A stretch of 64,000 bases of DNA from Bispira polyomma (GCA_965649765.1 OZ287753.1:57412001-57476000); one strand, 5' to 3'. Shown: positions 37,021 through 51,249, counted from the first letter of the stretch. Notes: generated from the letters alone by a model not told the origin. Numbers and translations: made by a program.

Positions 37021-40000
37021 ACTTCCGGTTGTGGCGGCGTCTCATCGGAAATTTGAAAATTCAACATAATCTAGTCTATTATACCCACGTTTTTGGCTTT
37101 TGTTTACTCGAAATTACTGCTCACAAGTTAGCATATAATCTTTTTGTCATTTTATGTTTAATCTTTGTACAACATTTGTTTTTTTCTGCAGTTTGGGTGA
37201 TACTGAAAACGATCTCCTGTTATCGCCCATTACCACTATATATATTTCTGTGGTTGTTGTTATTTTTATCTTTTATACTGTAACTTTTTTATACTATAAC
37301 TTTTTGTGTTCGGTACACCTTTTGTACTGATTACAATCACCTATTACTGTCCATCACCACTATATATTTTTACTGTTGTTATTCTTGTATCTCACTCTTC
37401 CCCTTACAATATGTTTGTCATTAGGGCGGCCGTCATGTACCTGTCCCTCCTTCTGTTTTACTACCGCAACAACTCCACACTGTCTAATTCATTGGCAATG
37501 CAATACCACCTGGAAGAAAACAATTTGTCCTGCCATCCGGTCCCACATTTCTGGTCTCTTCATACACACAGTTACTCCCGGTCTAAATTTTGCCCAATCA
37601 ATTACCCACAAAAGGCTAGTTCATTCAAACTTATTACAATCCTACTGGCAGGTGATATCGCTAGCAACCCTGGCCCAATCCAGTTCGGATTTGGAAATGC
37701 CCGCTCATTGCTCATCTCTGAACTTACCCCAGCTGACTTTCAGCTATTCCATACCCCTCGTGTAGGTAAACAGGGTGGGGGGGTGGGATTTCTTATTAAG
37801 AAAAACTATGAATGTCGATTAGTTGCTACACCAAGTTTTACATCTTTCGAACTCATCCTTGTCTCTGCTCACTGGAAAAACCACTGTTTAAATTTTGCAA
37901 CAGTTTATCGGCCTCCTGGCTCAAATCTCACTACATTTTTCGAAGAATTCATGTCTTTTGTTGGGTTTACTTGCTTGTTACCCGCTCCTACTGTATTCTG
38001 TGGGGATTTTAATATTCACATAGACACCGCATCTGGAAATAGTAATCGGTTTTCTACAGTTTTGGAATCTTGCAATCTTACCCAACACATAAACTTCCCT
38101 ACCCATATTCATGGGCATACACTAAACTGCTTGCTAACTCCGACTGATTTCAATAGTATCTGAAACATAAAAAACATTGGTTGCATCAGTGACCATTTTT
38201 CGATATCCTGTGAAATTGATGCTCCCTCCCCACCATCTTTTGATGTCACACAAATCACTTTTCGGCAATTTCAAAAAATCAATATGTCTGACCTTAGACG
38301 AGAGTTGGCAGATACGGCCTTTGTCAAGTCTCCTGCTGATAATGACACTGACCTATACACACAGTACTGCGCTGACCTGCAGTCTCTTATAGAATGCCAT
38401 GCGCCATGTAAATCAAAGACATTGAAGAAGCCGGCACCTGAGTGGATCACCAGTAATTATCGTGAAATGAAGATGCTGCGCAGACAAGCCGAACGAACAT
38501 GGCGCCGAAACAAAACTACTACAAATAGATATAGACCACGCCAATGGATCACCCGGTGCAACAACACTATAAATGACTCAAAACGTGCTTACTACGCCAA
38601 CATGATATCACAAAGTGAGGGTGACCCGAAGAAACTTTGGCAAAAACTAAATAGCACCCTCCACCGTAAAAAAACAGACTATACTACCCGAAAATTCCAA
38701 TAGCAAATCACTGGCAAACATTTTTAGTACTTTTTTCACTGATAAAATTACCAGAATCCGTGACGGTTTTACATTAGCTGCCCCAAATGCCCCTTTACCA
38801 ACAGCTCTACCAACCGTCTTCAACTGTTTCTCCACAGTAACTGTTGATGAAGTCAGGAAAATTATACTGGCATCACCCGTAAAATCTTGCTTGCTAGATC
38901 CGTGGCCCACATTCCTTGTCAAAGAATGTATTGACATTTTATTGCCCTCAATCACAAAACTTATCAACCTCTCGTTGATAAATGGTGTCTTTCCAGATGA
39001 TTTTAAAAAGGCTATTGTCACTCCTTTAACAAAAAAACCTTCTCTTCCAATGGCTGACTTGAAAAATTACCGTCCTGTCTCAGGCCTTTGCTATATCTCT
39101 AAGTTGGTAGAACGCACGGTTGCCTTACAGATCAAACAACATGTTGACGTCAGCAATCTGTCCAATAAGTATCAGTCAGCGTACACAAGTGGTCATTCTA
39201 CTGAGACTGCACTTCTCTGCATCAAAAATGATGTTCATACATCTTTATCCAAAGGTATGCCTACTGCCTTAGTACTGCTGGATCTGTCAGCAGCCTTTGA
39301 TACTATTGATCACAAAGTTCTTCTTCAGTGCCTATCGTCTTGGTTCGGTATCAGCGGTATGGCGTTTAAGTGGTTCACGGCATATTTGTCTGATAGATTC
39401 CAATCAGTCAAAATTGGCAATATCTTATCCAACCCAACATGGTTAAAATTTGGTGTTCCCCAAGGTTCCGTCCTGGGTCCCATTTTGTTTTCCATGTACA
39501 CCACTCCACTCAGCAAGATTATTGCTGCATACAAAAACATAAACTTTCACTTCTATGCTGATGATACCCAAATGTACATCCACCTTACACCTGACTCTGC
39601 CCAGGCAGCTTTCACTTCCTTACAGAACTGCCTTGTTGATGTACAACACTGGATAGCAGCAAATAAACTCAAGCTGAACACTGAGAAGACTGAGTTTATT
39701 TTGTTTGGCTCCAAGTCGCAACGGGAAAAAATGTCCAGCTGTTTTCCACTTGACATTCTTGGCAGCAGGTTTTTTCCAGCTGACAAAGTACAAAACCTGG
39801 GTGTGGTGTTCGACTCTGAATTCTCCTTCTCTAACCATGTCGCATCGGTGTGTAGATCATGTTTTGTTGGCCTCCGTGATTTCAGGTGGATTCGACGCTA
39901 TCTTTCCAAATCCACTGCAATCACTGTTGCCAATGCTTTGGTCAGCAGCAGGCTTGATTACTGTAACTCTCTGTTCCGTTCCTTATCTCGTAGTGATCTC

Positions 40001-40584
40001 AGACGCCTTCAGAATATCCAACACTCATTGGCACGTATTGTGACCAAAACTTCTGAATTTTCCCACATTACTCCTGTACTCAAGTAACTGCACTGGCTCC
40101 CAATAAAATATCGTGTTGCTTTCAAAACAGCAACAATAATATATAAATTTCTAAATTCTGGATTACCGACTTATTTTAGCCCCCATCTATCCAAATATAC
40201 ATGCTCAGTCAGGACAAGGCACAGTAACCCTGATAAATTATACCTTAACATTCCCACTTTCGACCCTCGCATCCACAAATCCAAAGTTCAGTTCAATCAC
40301 TGCCTAGCTCATGATGGCCCCCTCATTTGGAACAGCCTACCTGATCATGTTCGCCTGGCTCAAACTTTCTCCTCTTTCAGGAGTAAGCTGAAGGCCTATC
40401 TTTTTGAACAGGCTTTTCCACCTTAGCCGTCGCAACCATTTACGGTAGTCTCCCTGGTTACGACTTCCATCCGCCCACTATTATTGATTTTCGATTAACG
40501 TTTTGGGTTTGTTGCGCCTTAGAATTTGTTGTACAAAGATTAAGCGCTATAAAAGTACGACTAGATTAGATTAGATTAGATTAG
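37021..40584 (+). mobile_element. Near full-length L2/CR1-group LINE, APE-RT ORF disrupted
   Basis: APE motifs (YRPP, GDFNIH, SDH), RT (LDLSAAFDTIDH, GVPQGSVLGP, YADDTQ), LHWLP..LKAYLF end at 40426, (TTAGA)n tail; stops at 38161 and 40085, frameshift near 38670. Confidence 0.92.
38891..40087 (+). pseudogene. LINE reverse transcriptase domain
   Basis: 398-aa ORF with canonical non-LTR RT motifs. Confidence 0.9.
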
Positions 40585-43106
40585 CATCGACTTAAAACCT
40601 ATGCCACCGGCATATAATGACATTTAACATTGTGTTAAGAAGCATCAGAGTTAACCTCAGACTTCTAACCTCAAGGCACATGACTATCAGCAGTTTTGCA
40701 AGGTTGTTTAATACTACAACCAGAGTGTGTAAACCACCTAAGCCCAAAAACCAGGGAAATAAGGGCAAGCCTTATTAATTTCATGTTACCCACACTACGA
40801 CTGACCAGGAGGGCTATTATATACGCCACTCCAAGAAGCATTACATGGCACGAGTGTCCAATAAATCGTAAAAATTTGACAAAATATATAAATATTGCTA
40901 CTGCTGCTATAAATATTGCAACTGGATTGTCATTGGCAAGATATTTGTCATCCCTCCACGAATACATCTTTGGCAACACACATAAATTTTTGTGTGTTTT
41001 TTATGTCCTTAAAAATACTGTTTCCATACATAAATTTGACTGAAGGGCGAAAGTGAAACATATTTATAGGTTTTAATGAACTATTTCCCATTACATTGCT
41101 GTTAATATATTTTTCAATTTGGCCCCCACATAAATTCTTAGAATTGTTGGATTATCAGTGGGTTTTTTGTTTTTTTTTTCAAACTTTTGCTTTTGTGGAT
41201 AATTGTGCCTAAATTAAAAAAAAAATTATTTTTGTTAATAGTCAGGGGATTATTGATGGTTCTAGTCCCAATTGAAGTACTTCTTTTGTTTGTTTGCAGT
41301 TTTATTTATTTTGGTTTTACAATGTTTATCGTTCAAATTTTTAAAAAAATTTGAAATGTCTTATTTTGTAGTGTTCAGGGTTATTTGTGATTCATTTTTG
41401 GTTTTAAAAGATTTTTTTTGTTGTTATTTGAAGGTTACCGTAATTTCCCTTTATATATACGGTGGGTGTATTTATTTTTCTTAACCATCTATTCTTCTTC
41501 CAAAAAACCAAGGTCTAATTTTTATATATAGAAAACCCATCAAAGAAATCCTTTTTCCTAAAAAAATTTTTTTTAGTGTTAGAATTATGTTAGTATGGGT
41601 AAGGGTGATATAACATTGATTGGGTTACTTCATATTTTATTAATTGATATTGCTTTCATATATATATAAAATCCTGCTTTATCCCCCAGAGTTTATTTAT
41701 GGATTAAATAATAATCCTGTTTTATCGCGCGGGGGTTATTACATTTTTAATGAAATTTAAAACGTTAACTTCCAAAGTCTGTGTACAGGAGGATAATGTA
41801 TGATATTTTAATAATCCCCAGGGCTTACATCAAGATTATAGGTAATTAGTAGAAAGTCTCCGGTTTTTTTTCCTTAAATTAAAGGTAATACCGTAAAAAA
41901 CCATAGGGTTATATCGATATTATTCTAATTGGTGAGTTTTTAGTATTCACTATTTATGTTTCAGGCAGAAACGTTTATATTGTGTTTGTTGAATTTATGC
42001 ATTTTCCCTTAGAGGGCTATATCGAGAGAAAGCTGGAATATTTACCAGGGCATTGCATGCTATAATAGAGCTGTACTTGTTGTCATTATCAGGTACACCT
42101 CATTATCATAGAATCAAATATGCTACCAAGTGGCTGAACATTCAGTATAGATCAATATATCTACAAACATTGCCTGGACGTCAACACACTTTGTTATTAT
42201 TAATACATAGCAGATATATATATGATTTAACGAGGTGGTTTCCATATTGATCAACGATAGATACTAGTTATAAGAGTGTTGTTCGGAACATCATTAATAC
42301 GAGACAAACCCGGATATTAAGGATTTGACAGTTGACTTTGTTTGAATAGGTGATGCCTTTACACAAGGCATATATCATCAGACTGTGGAAAATAAATTTG
42401 GTCGTTTTTTGAACTAGTGTGTTTGTGAAATGGCTGTGGTAAAGGAAAGTCCGTCTTACATTGAGGTATGATGTATTTTTGCTGTTGTTTTTTTTTTGTC
42501 CAGGGGTTTTCTGTAATTGTTGGCTATGTAGTTGTTGTGTCCCTGGATTTTCTTACTTGACAATTGTTAGGTAATAACAAAGTCTTTTATAGGTTTTTTA
42601 AGTAGGACACTTTCTCATGTGATCGTTAGCTAGGGACCGCCATGTTGTAAAAGGAACCATTTTGGTAGTGTAGATTCATTGATAATATTCATAAAAACAT
42701 ACATCTTGTTTTATCATGGTTAGTGTTATATTTGTCTCTTATTTATGGTTAATGTATTTCTCTTATACAGGTAGACTGATAGAAGTTTATTTCATAAGAA
42801 AAATGAAAGAATTAATTGATGTTAAAAAGCTAACAGACTCTTTTTACTTCTGGGATTTGCGTGTCCAGTACCGCATAATAGCTGACCTATTTAGAAAGTG
42901 GGTCAAATCCCTAAGTAAAATGGGTACTATTAAAGCCTGGAATGTCATTCGGAAACATAATAGACCCACAATAGTCTTACAACAGACTTACACAAAATAG
43001 CCTTCACCTCCCTCTGACCTGCCTGTTTGGTGAACAAAAATTATTTTCTGTGGACATTAAATTATAATTAGCCATAGAACAAAGTTTGTGATATATTAAA
43101 TTATAG

Positions 43107-43363
43107 ATGACTAAGATTTGTCTTAAGGGGATCTGTATAAATTTACAGGAGATGCTGACATGCTCTGTCTGCTTAGAGCTGGTTAAAGAGCCTCAGACAC
43201 TGGCCCAATGTTTTCATAACTACTGTAAACCCTGCACTAAGAAGCTGATAAAGTCCCAGAACAACCGACCCCCTGGAATAGTTTGTCCTTTATGTGGCAC
43301 TTTCTCAACTGAGGCTAAAGTCAGAAAGAACTTCTTAGTGTACGACTTGTTAGATCAGCATAG
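43107..43363 (+). CDS. TRIM copy 2 exon: RING finger
   Basis: CSVC..CFHNYCKPC..CPLC; donor GTTAGT at 43364. Confidence 0.9.
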
Positions 43364-46300
43364 GTTAGTATTACACTATATTAATATGTGTATGACCAAA
43401 GAGAAACATGAAGAGTCAGATTTTCTCCAGCAACGGGAGTCAAAGTATTTTCATCTACTTTAAATAACTATGCACCGGACAAAATAATGTTTTTGTAAAA
43501 TACCTTTCTTAGATTTTATTTCAGAATTATCCAAACTTGTTTGTTTTATATGAACTAAAAAGTACTTAAACAGCCCTATCATTTGTCAACATCTTGAAAA
43601 CTGCAGAGCAGTCCATGTACGGCCATTTTATATAAACAATTTTGAACCTCAATGACTTAATGATTATTCAGCCTATTTGAGTTTTTTTTTGAGTTTTGTT
43701 ATACTTCCCTTAGAATCTGCCAGAGGCCGCGGTGGCCTAGTGGTTAAAAAGCATTGCGCTTTACAATCACTGATCTCTCACCTCTGGAGATCAAATGGTC
43801 GTGAGTTCACCTCCCATCGATGTCTATGTGGGAAAGGTGATAGTTCCTTACTGTGAGTCACTGGTTTCAGTGCAGAACCTTGATCAACTGTAAGCAGTTT
43901 TTCTTCCAGCTTTTCCAACTACCCGTCTCAATATAACCTAAACAGGTACTAGAGTGGACATTAAATATCCAATAATGTGCAAAAACAATTTCCTTTCATT
44001 TGCAAAGCATTACTCTAGTTGACCTTCAAGGAGGGGCCCATGGTCAAACTTGACCACATCAGAAGACTCCCAGCCCATGATTTCCTATAGGTTGGTTTTA
44101 CATCCTAAAACTGTAGGACCAATAATAAGCAAGTTATAAGAACTTTTAAGTTTGGCTACCCTAATCTGACCTTGAAGGAGGGGCCAAAGGTCAAACCTGA
44201 CCACATCAGAAGACTGCCAGCCCATGATTTCCTATAAGTTTGTTTCACATCTCAAAACTGTAGGACCAATAATAAGCGAGTTATAAGCACTTTTAAGTTT
44301 TACTACCCTCGTCTGACCTTGAAGGAGAGGCCCAAGGTCAAATCTGACCACATCAGAAGAGTCCTAGCCCATGATTACCTATAAGTTGGTTTCACATTGC
44401 AAACCTCTAGGACCAATAATAAGTGAGTTATAAGCACTTTTATGTTTGGTTATCCTCGTTTGACCTTAAAGGAGGGGCCCAAGGTCAAACCTGACAACAT
44501 CAGAAGATTCCCAGCCCATGATTTCTTATGGGTTGGCCTTACATGCCAAACCTCTAGGACCAATAATACGGGGGATATAGGCACTTTTAAAGTTTGTTAC
44601 GCAGAGTACTTTGGCACTCCGTGGATGACCTTGAATGAAGAGCTTCAAAGTTAAATGTTTGCATGATTGTAGAGGACATATATATCTGTTATACATATGA
44701 CCTATGAAGAGATTTAACCTTCTAGTTACGATAACCAGCCAGTAGAAAAAGGTAGATAATTTTCAAAGAAATGCCCATGGCGGCCATCTTGTTTTTCAAA
44801 ATGAGGCTAACCTCCCAATATGGATATCCTGCAAATTTGGTGAAGCTAACTGGTCTAGTTTTCTGCTAAGAGTGTTAATGGCGAAAATCTCTCTGTAGCA
44901 GCGGCAGCAGCGGCAGCGCAGCGAGCCCTAAACCTAAGTATCCACCGATCTCCGGATCAGTGGATACAATTAACTGATATTGTCATGTATCACACGTCAG
45001 CTTTTAACAATCAGCATACATCAGCCTTATATGTCATCAGTTTACGTTTACAACTAAAACGAGACATATGAAACATTAATTTGCAAAATATTTCACATAT
45101 AACAAAAAATAAGAATGTCCTAATTTCATGTCTTCATTTTGTGGCTTTATTATAGTTTGTGAATTACTCATTAACATTTATTCCCCAAATAACGGCTCCC
45201 CGGACTTTTATACTGACATTAATACATTATGTTATACTTTATATTTTATATTATCACTTAATATTATGTGGAGATATAAATATGTGTTTAGATATTGCAA
45301 AAGACTGCTACAACTATATTAACATCCGTAATCCAAATGCTACAAATCAGCTGTTAACGAGTATGAGCTGCAATAATTTAGTAGATATATTTAGTCATAC
45401 ACATCCAAATATACAACGTTATACTTGAAGGAGGAGAAACCCCTTAAAGCAGGCTAGATTGGATTATTTTATTATTTCTAACACCTTGACTGATTTTATC
45501 GATAAAAGTAATATATTACCGGGTATAGGTCTCACTACTCCATTATTCAAACATGTTTTAAGCCCACAAATTTTGTTCGAGGTAAAGGAATATGGAAATT
45601 CAACACAAGTCTGTTAAAAGACAAAAAATATCTTGACCTGATCCATAATATACATTCAGAAATAGCTTCATACTACCTATCTGTGTATAATGTAGATAAT
45701 ATATCAACTGTGCCTCTTGATAAAATACAACTCACAATCAATAAAGACCTTTTGTTAGAAGAGCTATTAAGAACCCCAAAAATTCAATTGAAAACATTAG
45801 ACAAAAAAATTAATGGCCACATGATTAGATCAAGGGTAAAAAGGCCAAGTAAATATTTTTGTAATTTAGAAAAAATAAATTGTTTTGAAAAATAAACCTA
45901 TGTAATGGAACTGAAATAAGATCTCAAAATGATATATTGAATAAAATTGCAAAATTTTACTCCAATCTTTTTTTTCACAGGGAACTTGAAAATCCAGATA
46001 TACTTGAAAAATTATTAGGTATGAATCACACAAAGCTTACTGCAAATGAAGGTAATAAATTAGGTGATCAAATATCTTTGAACGAATTAAGTATAACCTT
46101 TAAAAATATGAAAAACAACAAAACACTCCGCATCAATAGCTATCCAAGTTTTTAAGCTTTTTAAGCTTTTAGAAAAAGCTTACGACTGCATATCATGGGA
46201 TTTTGTGTAAATAACATCCTACGATATTTCAACTTCACTGGAGAATTTATTAGATGGATAAAATTGATTAATTCGGATATTAAACCTGCTGCTTTGCAAT

Positions 46301-49300
46301 ATGTAAAAAATTTTCCCAATTGAATGTGGTTGTCAACTGGGTGAGCCAATGTTTTCCTTTATTTTTATATTGTGTGCCGAAGTTCTTAACATTTTGATAC
46401 AACAAATCAAAAATGTGAAGGGAATATTAAAGGAATAGAGTTTAAAATTAGCCAGTTTGCTGATGACACAACTTTTTCCTAAAAGGGTGGTTCCACCATC
46501 AGGATTTGGTTTCAGACCTTCCCGACTTGGTGATGGATAACAGAAAAGCGGCGAAACCTATAGGTTGGAGGCAAAAACGGGGTGGTCGGGAAGAATTTCA
46601 AACATGTTTGATATTTTGTAAAAGTCCCCCGACTTACGTCTCGGACCTCTAATAAATGGGAAGGTCGGCTTTGGTGAATAAGTTCAATCCTATTGGCGAT
46701 ACGTTCTGTCTTATAGGTCTTAATGTCACTTCAGGCCTGTCCTAATGCTGGCCCGTCGAAACATATAGGCCGGGGGCAAAAACGGGGTGGTCTAGAAGAC
46801 ACATATTTAAGCCTATTTTGTCAGTCCTGATAACGGAAATCAGTTTAAAAGTTGGTTACCTTTGTGACATCAAACCCACTTCCGGTGCAGTTTATGTATA
46901 CGAATGATAAAATTATTTGCTGTTATTTACAACAAACTTTCAACAAAAGTGAGGTCTAAACAGGTATTATTTCTTTTATTTTAGGTGCAATAAGCCCATT
47001 TTGTCAGTCAATTTTTACCATAATCGTCCCGATTTTGACTTTTTATACGTTCGATCTTGATGGTCTGTGTGGTGAATCTGTCAGATCCTATTGGCAATAC
47101 GTCAGATCCTAGGGCGATACGTCAGATCCTATCACCAGTAAGTTCGATCCTAACCTGGTTCAAGTAAGATCGGGGTCAGCGTGCCGTAAAAACGGGGCCT
47201 AATCAGTTCGATCGGGAAGGTCGCCCCACATTTTAATTCTCCCGCCCAAAAATGGATTTATTTGATATTTTTGCCCGACCTTCCCAACTTTAAAATCGGG
47301 CCCATTTTGTCGATCACCACTTTAGATGGTTCAGTAACAACCCTTCAGGCCGCACTTAATACTCTGAAAGTTTTTGATTCTTTTTCTGGCCATAAGATGA
47401 CCACAAGTAAAACTTAAGTGGTATGGATAGGCGGGAAAATGTTTAGTAGAGAAAAACTTGAAGTCAATTAATTTTAAATTATACTTTTGTTTTTATAGAA
47501 ATGCTGATTGTAAGGAAGGTGCTCCAGAGTCCTGTGTACACTGCCCTGAAGGAAAACCAACATGGAGGTGTCTGGATTGTTGTTCAAATTTTTGTCAGTC
47601 CTGTAAGGAACAACATGGAAGATTTACAGTGCTGAAAGGTAGTGACAGTATATCCCAAAATAACAACAGTTCCACATAAACATTTTTTTCAATTTCAATA
47701 CTAATTGCTCTACAAAATCCCTATTATACCCATTCTCATAGTTCAGATTTTCATTCCTCTGACAGATGCTTCATATAGTTGTTCATCTGTATAAAGAGAT
47801 AATTCTAAACAAAATAATTAAAAACCACCAAAACCATCACAACAATTTCGTCAACAGTGCAGGGATACCCTTATCTGTGAAATGATTTACATATTTCTTG
47901 TTTTTACCGAATATAGGTCACAATGTTGTAGAATTGACAGAAGATTCGGCAAAGATCATAGATAAACTTGTCTTGTGTACAACCCATAAAGATGAACCAA
48001 TCAAATTCTTTTGCAATGATTGCAGAGAACAGTTATGTAACACATGCCAGGTGGTCAACCACCGATCACATGATATTATTACTGTTAAATCTGCTCTGGA
48101 CGACATCTTATCTGAAGTTAAGGAAGACCTGGAATTGCTAGACGAGAAGAATAGTAAACTCAACGAAGATGTGGAAGCTATTGACCTCAAAATAATTGAT
48201 TTAGAGGAGACCCATAATGAGTGTCTGGCCTCCATTGACTGCGAAACAAATGAAAAAATAGCAAAGATACTGGAAGAACAGAAGAAGATGAAAGACACAG
48301 TCAGAGATAGAACAAATGTTCAGGTATAGCACCTAAAGTATAAGGTACAACTACCATTAATAAGTAATTAGGACATTGTGTTTCCTATGTTTGGCATTTA
48401 ACTGGTTTGATCCTTTTTAACTAGTTTGAACATTGCACAATGCGCATTGAGAAGATAAAGAAGGTGTACAAAACATGTTGACAAGCAAATCTCGAACCTG
48501 GCAGGGAGCTATGGTCTGAAATTCGCAATGAGTCTAGAGTTGAACTTCTTGTGCTAACACATTTTTGGGTGGATCAATTCTAATAACGAATCCGTGAATA
48601 TTGGGCTTTTTAATAAACAAAACAATTTTTATCTTAGAGATTTGTTCGGTTAGTTCCATAAAATCATGAACATATATTTGGCCAATCAGAAAAACTGGAT
48701 TTTATGACGTCATTTTCACTGAAATTATTTTGATAGTTCAATTTAATGCTTGTGCAGAAAAAAAAAGTTTTTTATTTGATAGCATTTTCCCGAAAAAGTC
48801 CAATTGATGAAATGGCTGTATCTTGAGGAATACTTAGCCTAATATTTTCGTTTTAGTATCACCAGAAAGCTCTTACTTTATCCTTTATAATATGTTTCAC
48901 CAAATTCAATACTCGTAAAATAGTGATGAAGATTTTGTTTGTTAAAGTTCGACTGTATTTCCAAATTGCTAAAAATGGCAAATTTTAGAGTGAGGGTTAA
49001 TAATTAAATCATTTTACAGTACGTATAGGTGATGCATGTTACCTGATTAAATACTCAGCAAGCGAGATACATATGCTTTTTGATTAATTTCACAATACAA
49101 AAATATATTTATGACAGCTGAGATAGTTATGCTTAAAAGCAGTCACTAGATGTACTTGACAGAGTTTACTAGATCACAATATTGAGAGGAATGCAATCGA
49201 TTTAATGTTTCTTTTCAAGATTGATGGAAATTATATTTCGATTCGATGCTTGGACTACAAACTTTTGTCAAATAAAAAAGTTTAAGCTTAAGCTATACAT

Positions 49301-51249
49301 GAACTTCAGCTTTCCAAGTTTGAGCTTAAGCTATAAATCAACTTAAGCTATAATAATTGTGTCATAATAGATTTACCTACTGGATAATTATTTTACACTG
49401 ATTTAAGGTAAGTATCATGATGATTTTAGTTAGAATTGACTTTAACAGGCGATTATTGCACTTATGAATTTGATATAGTCACAGATGGGGAGCGGATTTG
49501 ATACTACCACAATGAAACCTACTTATGAAAAACAGCCTGCATTTTCCTTAATACACCTAAATATGTTGAACCACCATATTTCTTTTTTAGAATTGCGGGT
49601 TTTGATTCCTGGCCATTTTATAAAAATTACTCTAACTAAGCAAAGCGAGTACGTGATTGATGTTTAAGTACGACAATTTTGGGTGAAGCTCAATTTGACA
49701 ACTGTCGACAAAAAGTGGATATCTTCAAACGATTTCTGATATGTTTGAGGTTGGCCTCATAATATGTAGTAAAATGTATTAGCAAATTCACTTCAATATT
49801 ATTGGGATTACATCAAAGTGGCATTTGTAAAAGTACTGTTTAATTAAGGTATATTTCATGACGTGAAAGCCGTGAGTGAAAATATAAGATGTTATGGAAA
49901 AGAAAGTTGGGCGATAGGAGTCTTCTTGACTTTTTTCCTTGCTTTACGTAGCCTAATTTTAAAGATTCTTGAAGGAGTACCAGACGTTTCGACCTACCAG
50001 ACATTTCGACCCATTTTTTTCCCGGACTTTTCAAAAGCTCTAAAAGCTAAAACGATGAAGTTGTAGGTAAACAAACCAACTTTATATGGATGGTTAATAT
50101 TATTGTTGGTAGATAAAGTTGTAAACGATTGTAAATGTTTATGGCCAAACATTTTCCAAAATATTTGCCGATGGTCTAATTTTACAAAGTTTACTTGGAC
50201 CTTAAAATCATGACTTTGACTTTAAAGTTGCTGTCCATATCCTCAGAGCTAACTTTAATGGAAACTTTGTGTCATTTTGGTGAGTGGAACTGTTCTGATA
50301 TATTCTTTAGATTATTGATGGTTCTGCATCAGAATCCATAGGGTGATACTAATATGCATATTCACAGATATAAACAGATGTGGGTTATTTTACCTTGATT
50401 TTGTACAATTTGGTGTAACATCTTTTACAGTACAAACAAGACTGTCAAACATTCCTAAACCTGAAGCACAATGATCCAAAAAACAATTTTTGTTTTTTAT
50501 ATTGTAAGACAGAAATAAACTTTGTCATATGCTGCAAAAAAGTTGATGTTTTGTTTGGTCAAATTTATGGCTCAACTGGTCCATTGTTATTCATATTAAA
50601 ATACTGAAACAGCTATGTATGTTGAAATGTCGCATCAAATGTCACATCAAAAATATAACAGTAGCAGTACTTTAAATAGTTTTCTAGAGATATAAGTACT
50701 ATTTTATAATTAATTTAATTATTTATCTAGTCACAATAGTTTTCATTATTCTAAATTGCATTATGTTTTTACATGCCACTATTTTACTTGTAATTTTAGG
50801 TTGAGAAACTGCAAAGCAGTAAGAATGAGCTGACTAATCAAAAGAAAGAGATCAACAATTTAAAGCAGACAGCTGTAACAAGCATAGAAAGAGCTGCTGG
50901 GGTGAGTCTACTGACACAGCTAACTGGGGGAGGATTGAAAGATAGGCTACACAAAGTGAGCAGGGAAACATCACCTTTGAAACTACAAATAGAGTCACTA
51001 GAAATATATTGGAGTAATTCAAAGTGGCTCAAGTTAGTGACACAGAGGCTGGTCCGTAAAGTGATATTTAGGAGTAGTACAATGGTAGTAAGGAATGGTT
51101 TACTAGTGAAAAGTGTACAGAATGATTGGGAGGATGTTAAAAGTAAAAAAATAAAAAAATATAAAAAAAAGCCTGTACACCTTGTATTTTGTGAAGAGTG
51201 TGGGGGTCATTATTTCAATAACTGGTGTTCAAAATGCGATATATATTAA
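43107..51249 (+). CDS. TRIM/RBCC E3 ubiquitin ligase-like protein, copy 2, about 417 aa, single C-terminal CxxC-x8-CxxC
   Basis: join(43107..43363,47499..47638,47917..48323,50800..51249); GT-AG introns, frame intact. Confidence 0.85.
43723..43975 (+). mobile_element. tRNA-derived SINE
   Basis: GAGGCCGCGGTGGCCTAGTGG head; same family as 4692 and 29062. Confidence 0.8.
43976..44971 (+). mobile_element. HINE/Helentron-associated-like element with 147-bp core repeats x4
   Basis: GACCTT at 44021, 44168, 44315, 44462; GCAGCG microsatellite; terminal hairpin GTATCCACCGAT..ATCAGTGGATAC then AAT. Confidence 0.75.
45167..47476 (+). mobile_element. Internal fragment of an L1/Tx1-clade LINE ORF2
   Basis: NIYSPN, LCGD, LVDIF, QARLDYFII, WKFNTSLL, SQFADDTT, SG.K...KT*VVWIG; many stops and frameshifts. 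Confidence 0.85.
46483..47321. mobile_element. PIF/Harbinger deletion derivative, inverted relative to 31590-34456
   Basis: GGGTGGTTCCACCATCAGGATTTGG start, GATCACCACT end; splits the L1 RT immediately after FADDTT. Confidence 0.8.
47499..47638 (+). CDS. TRIM copy 2 exon: B-box type 1
   Basis: CVHC..WRCLDCCSNFCQSCKEQH; ttttatag acceptor, GTAGT donor. Confidence 0.9.
47917..48323 (+). CDS. TRIM copy 2 exon: B-box 2 and coiled coil
   Basis: 407 nt as in copies 1 and 3; CTTH..CNDC..CNTC..HRSH. Confidence 0.9.
50800..51249 (+). CDS. TRIM copy 2 terminal exon
   Basis: attttag|GTT GAG AAA; ends in a Lys-rich patch and FCEECGGHYFNNWCSKCDIY*. Confidence 0.75.
   Translation, partial: VEKLQSSKNELTNQKKEINNLKQTAVTSIERAAGVSLLTQLTGGGLKDRLHKVSRETSPLKLQIESLEIYWSNSKWLKLVTQRLVRKVIFRSSTMVVRNGLLVKSVQNDWEDVKSKKIKKYKKKPVHLVFCEECGGHYFNNWCSKCDIY

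Noticed and set aside
40671-41043. Opposing 102- and 115-aa ORFs downstream of the LINE
   Set aside because: No recognisable motifs or splice structure; could be decayed TE sequence but unsupported
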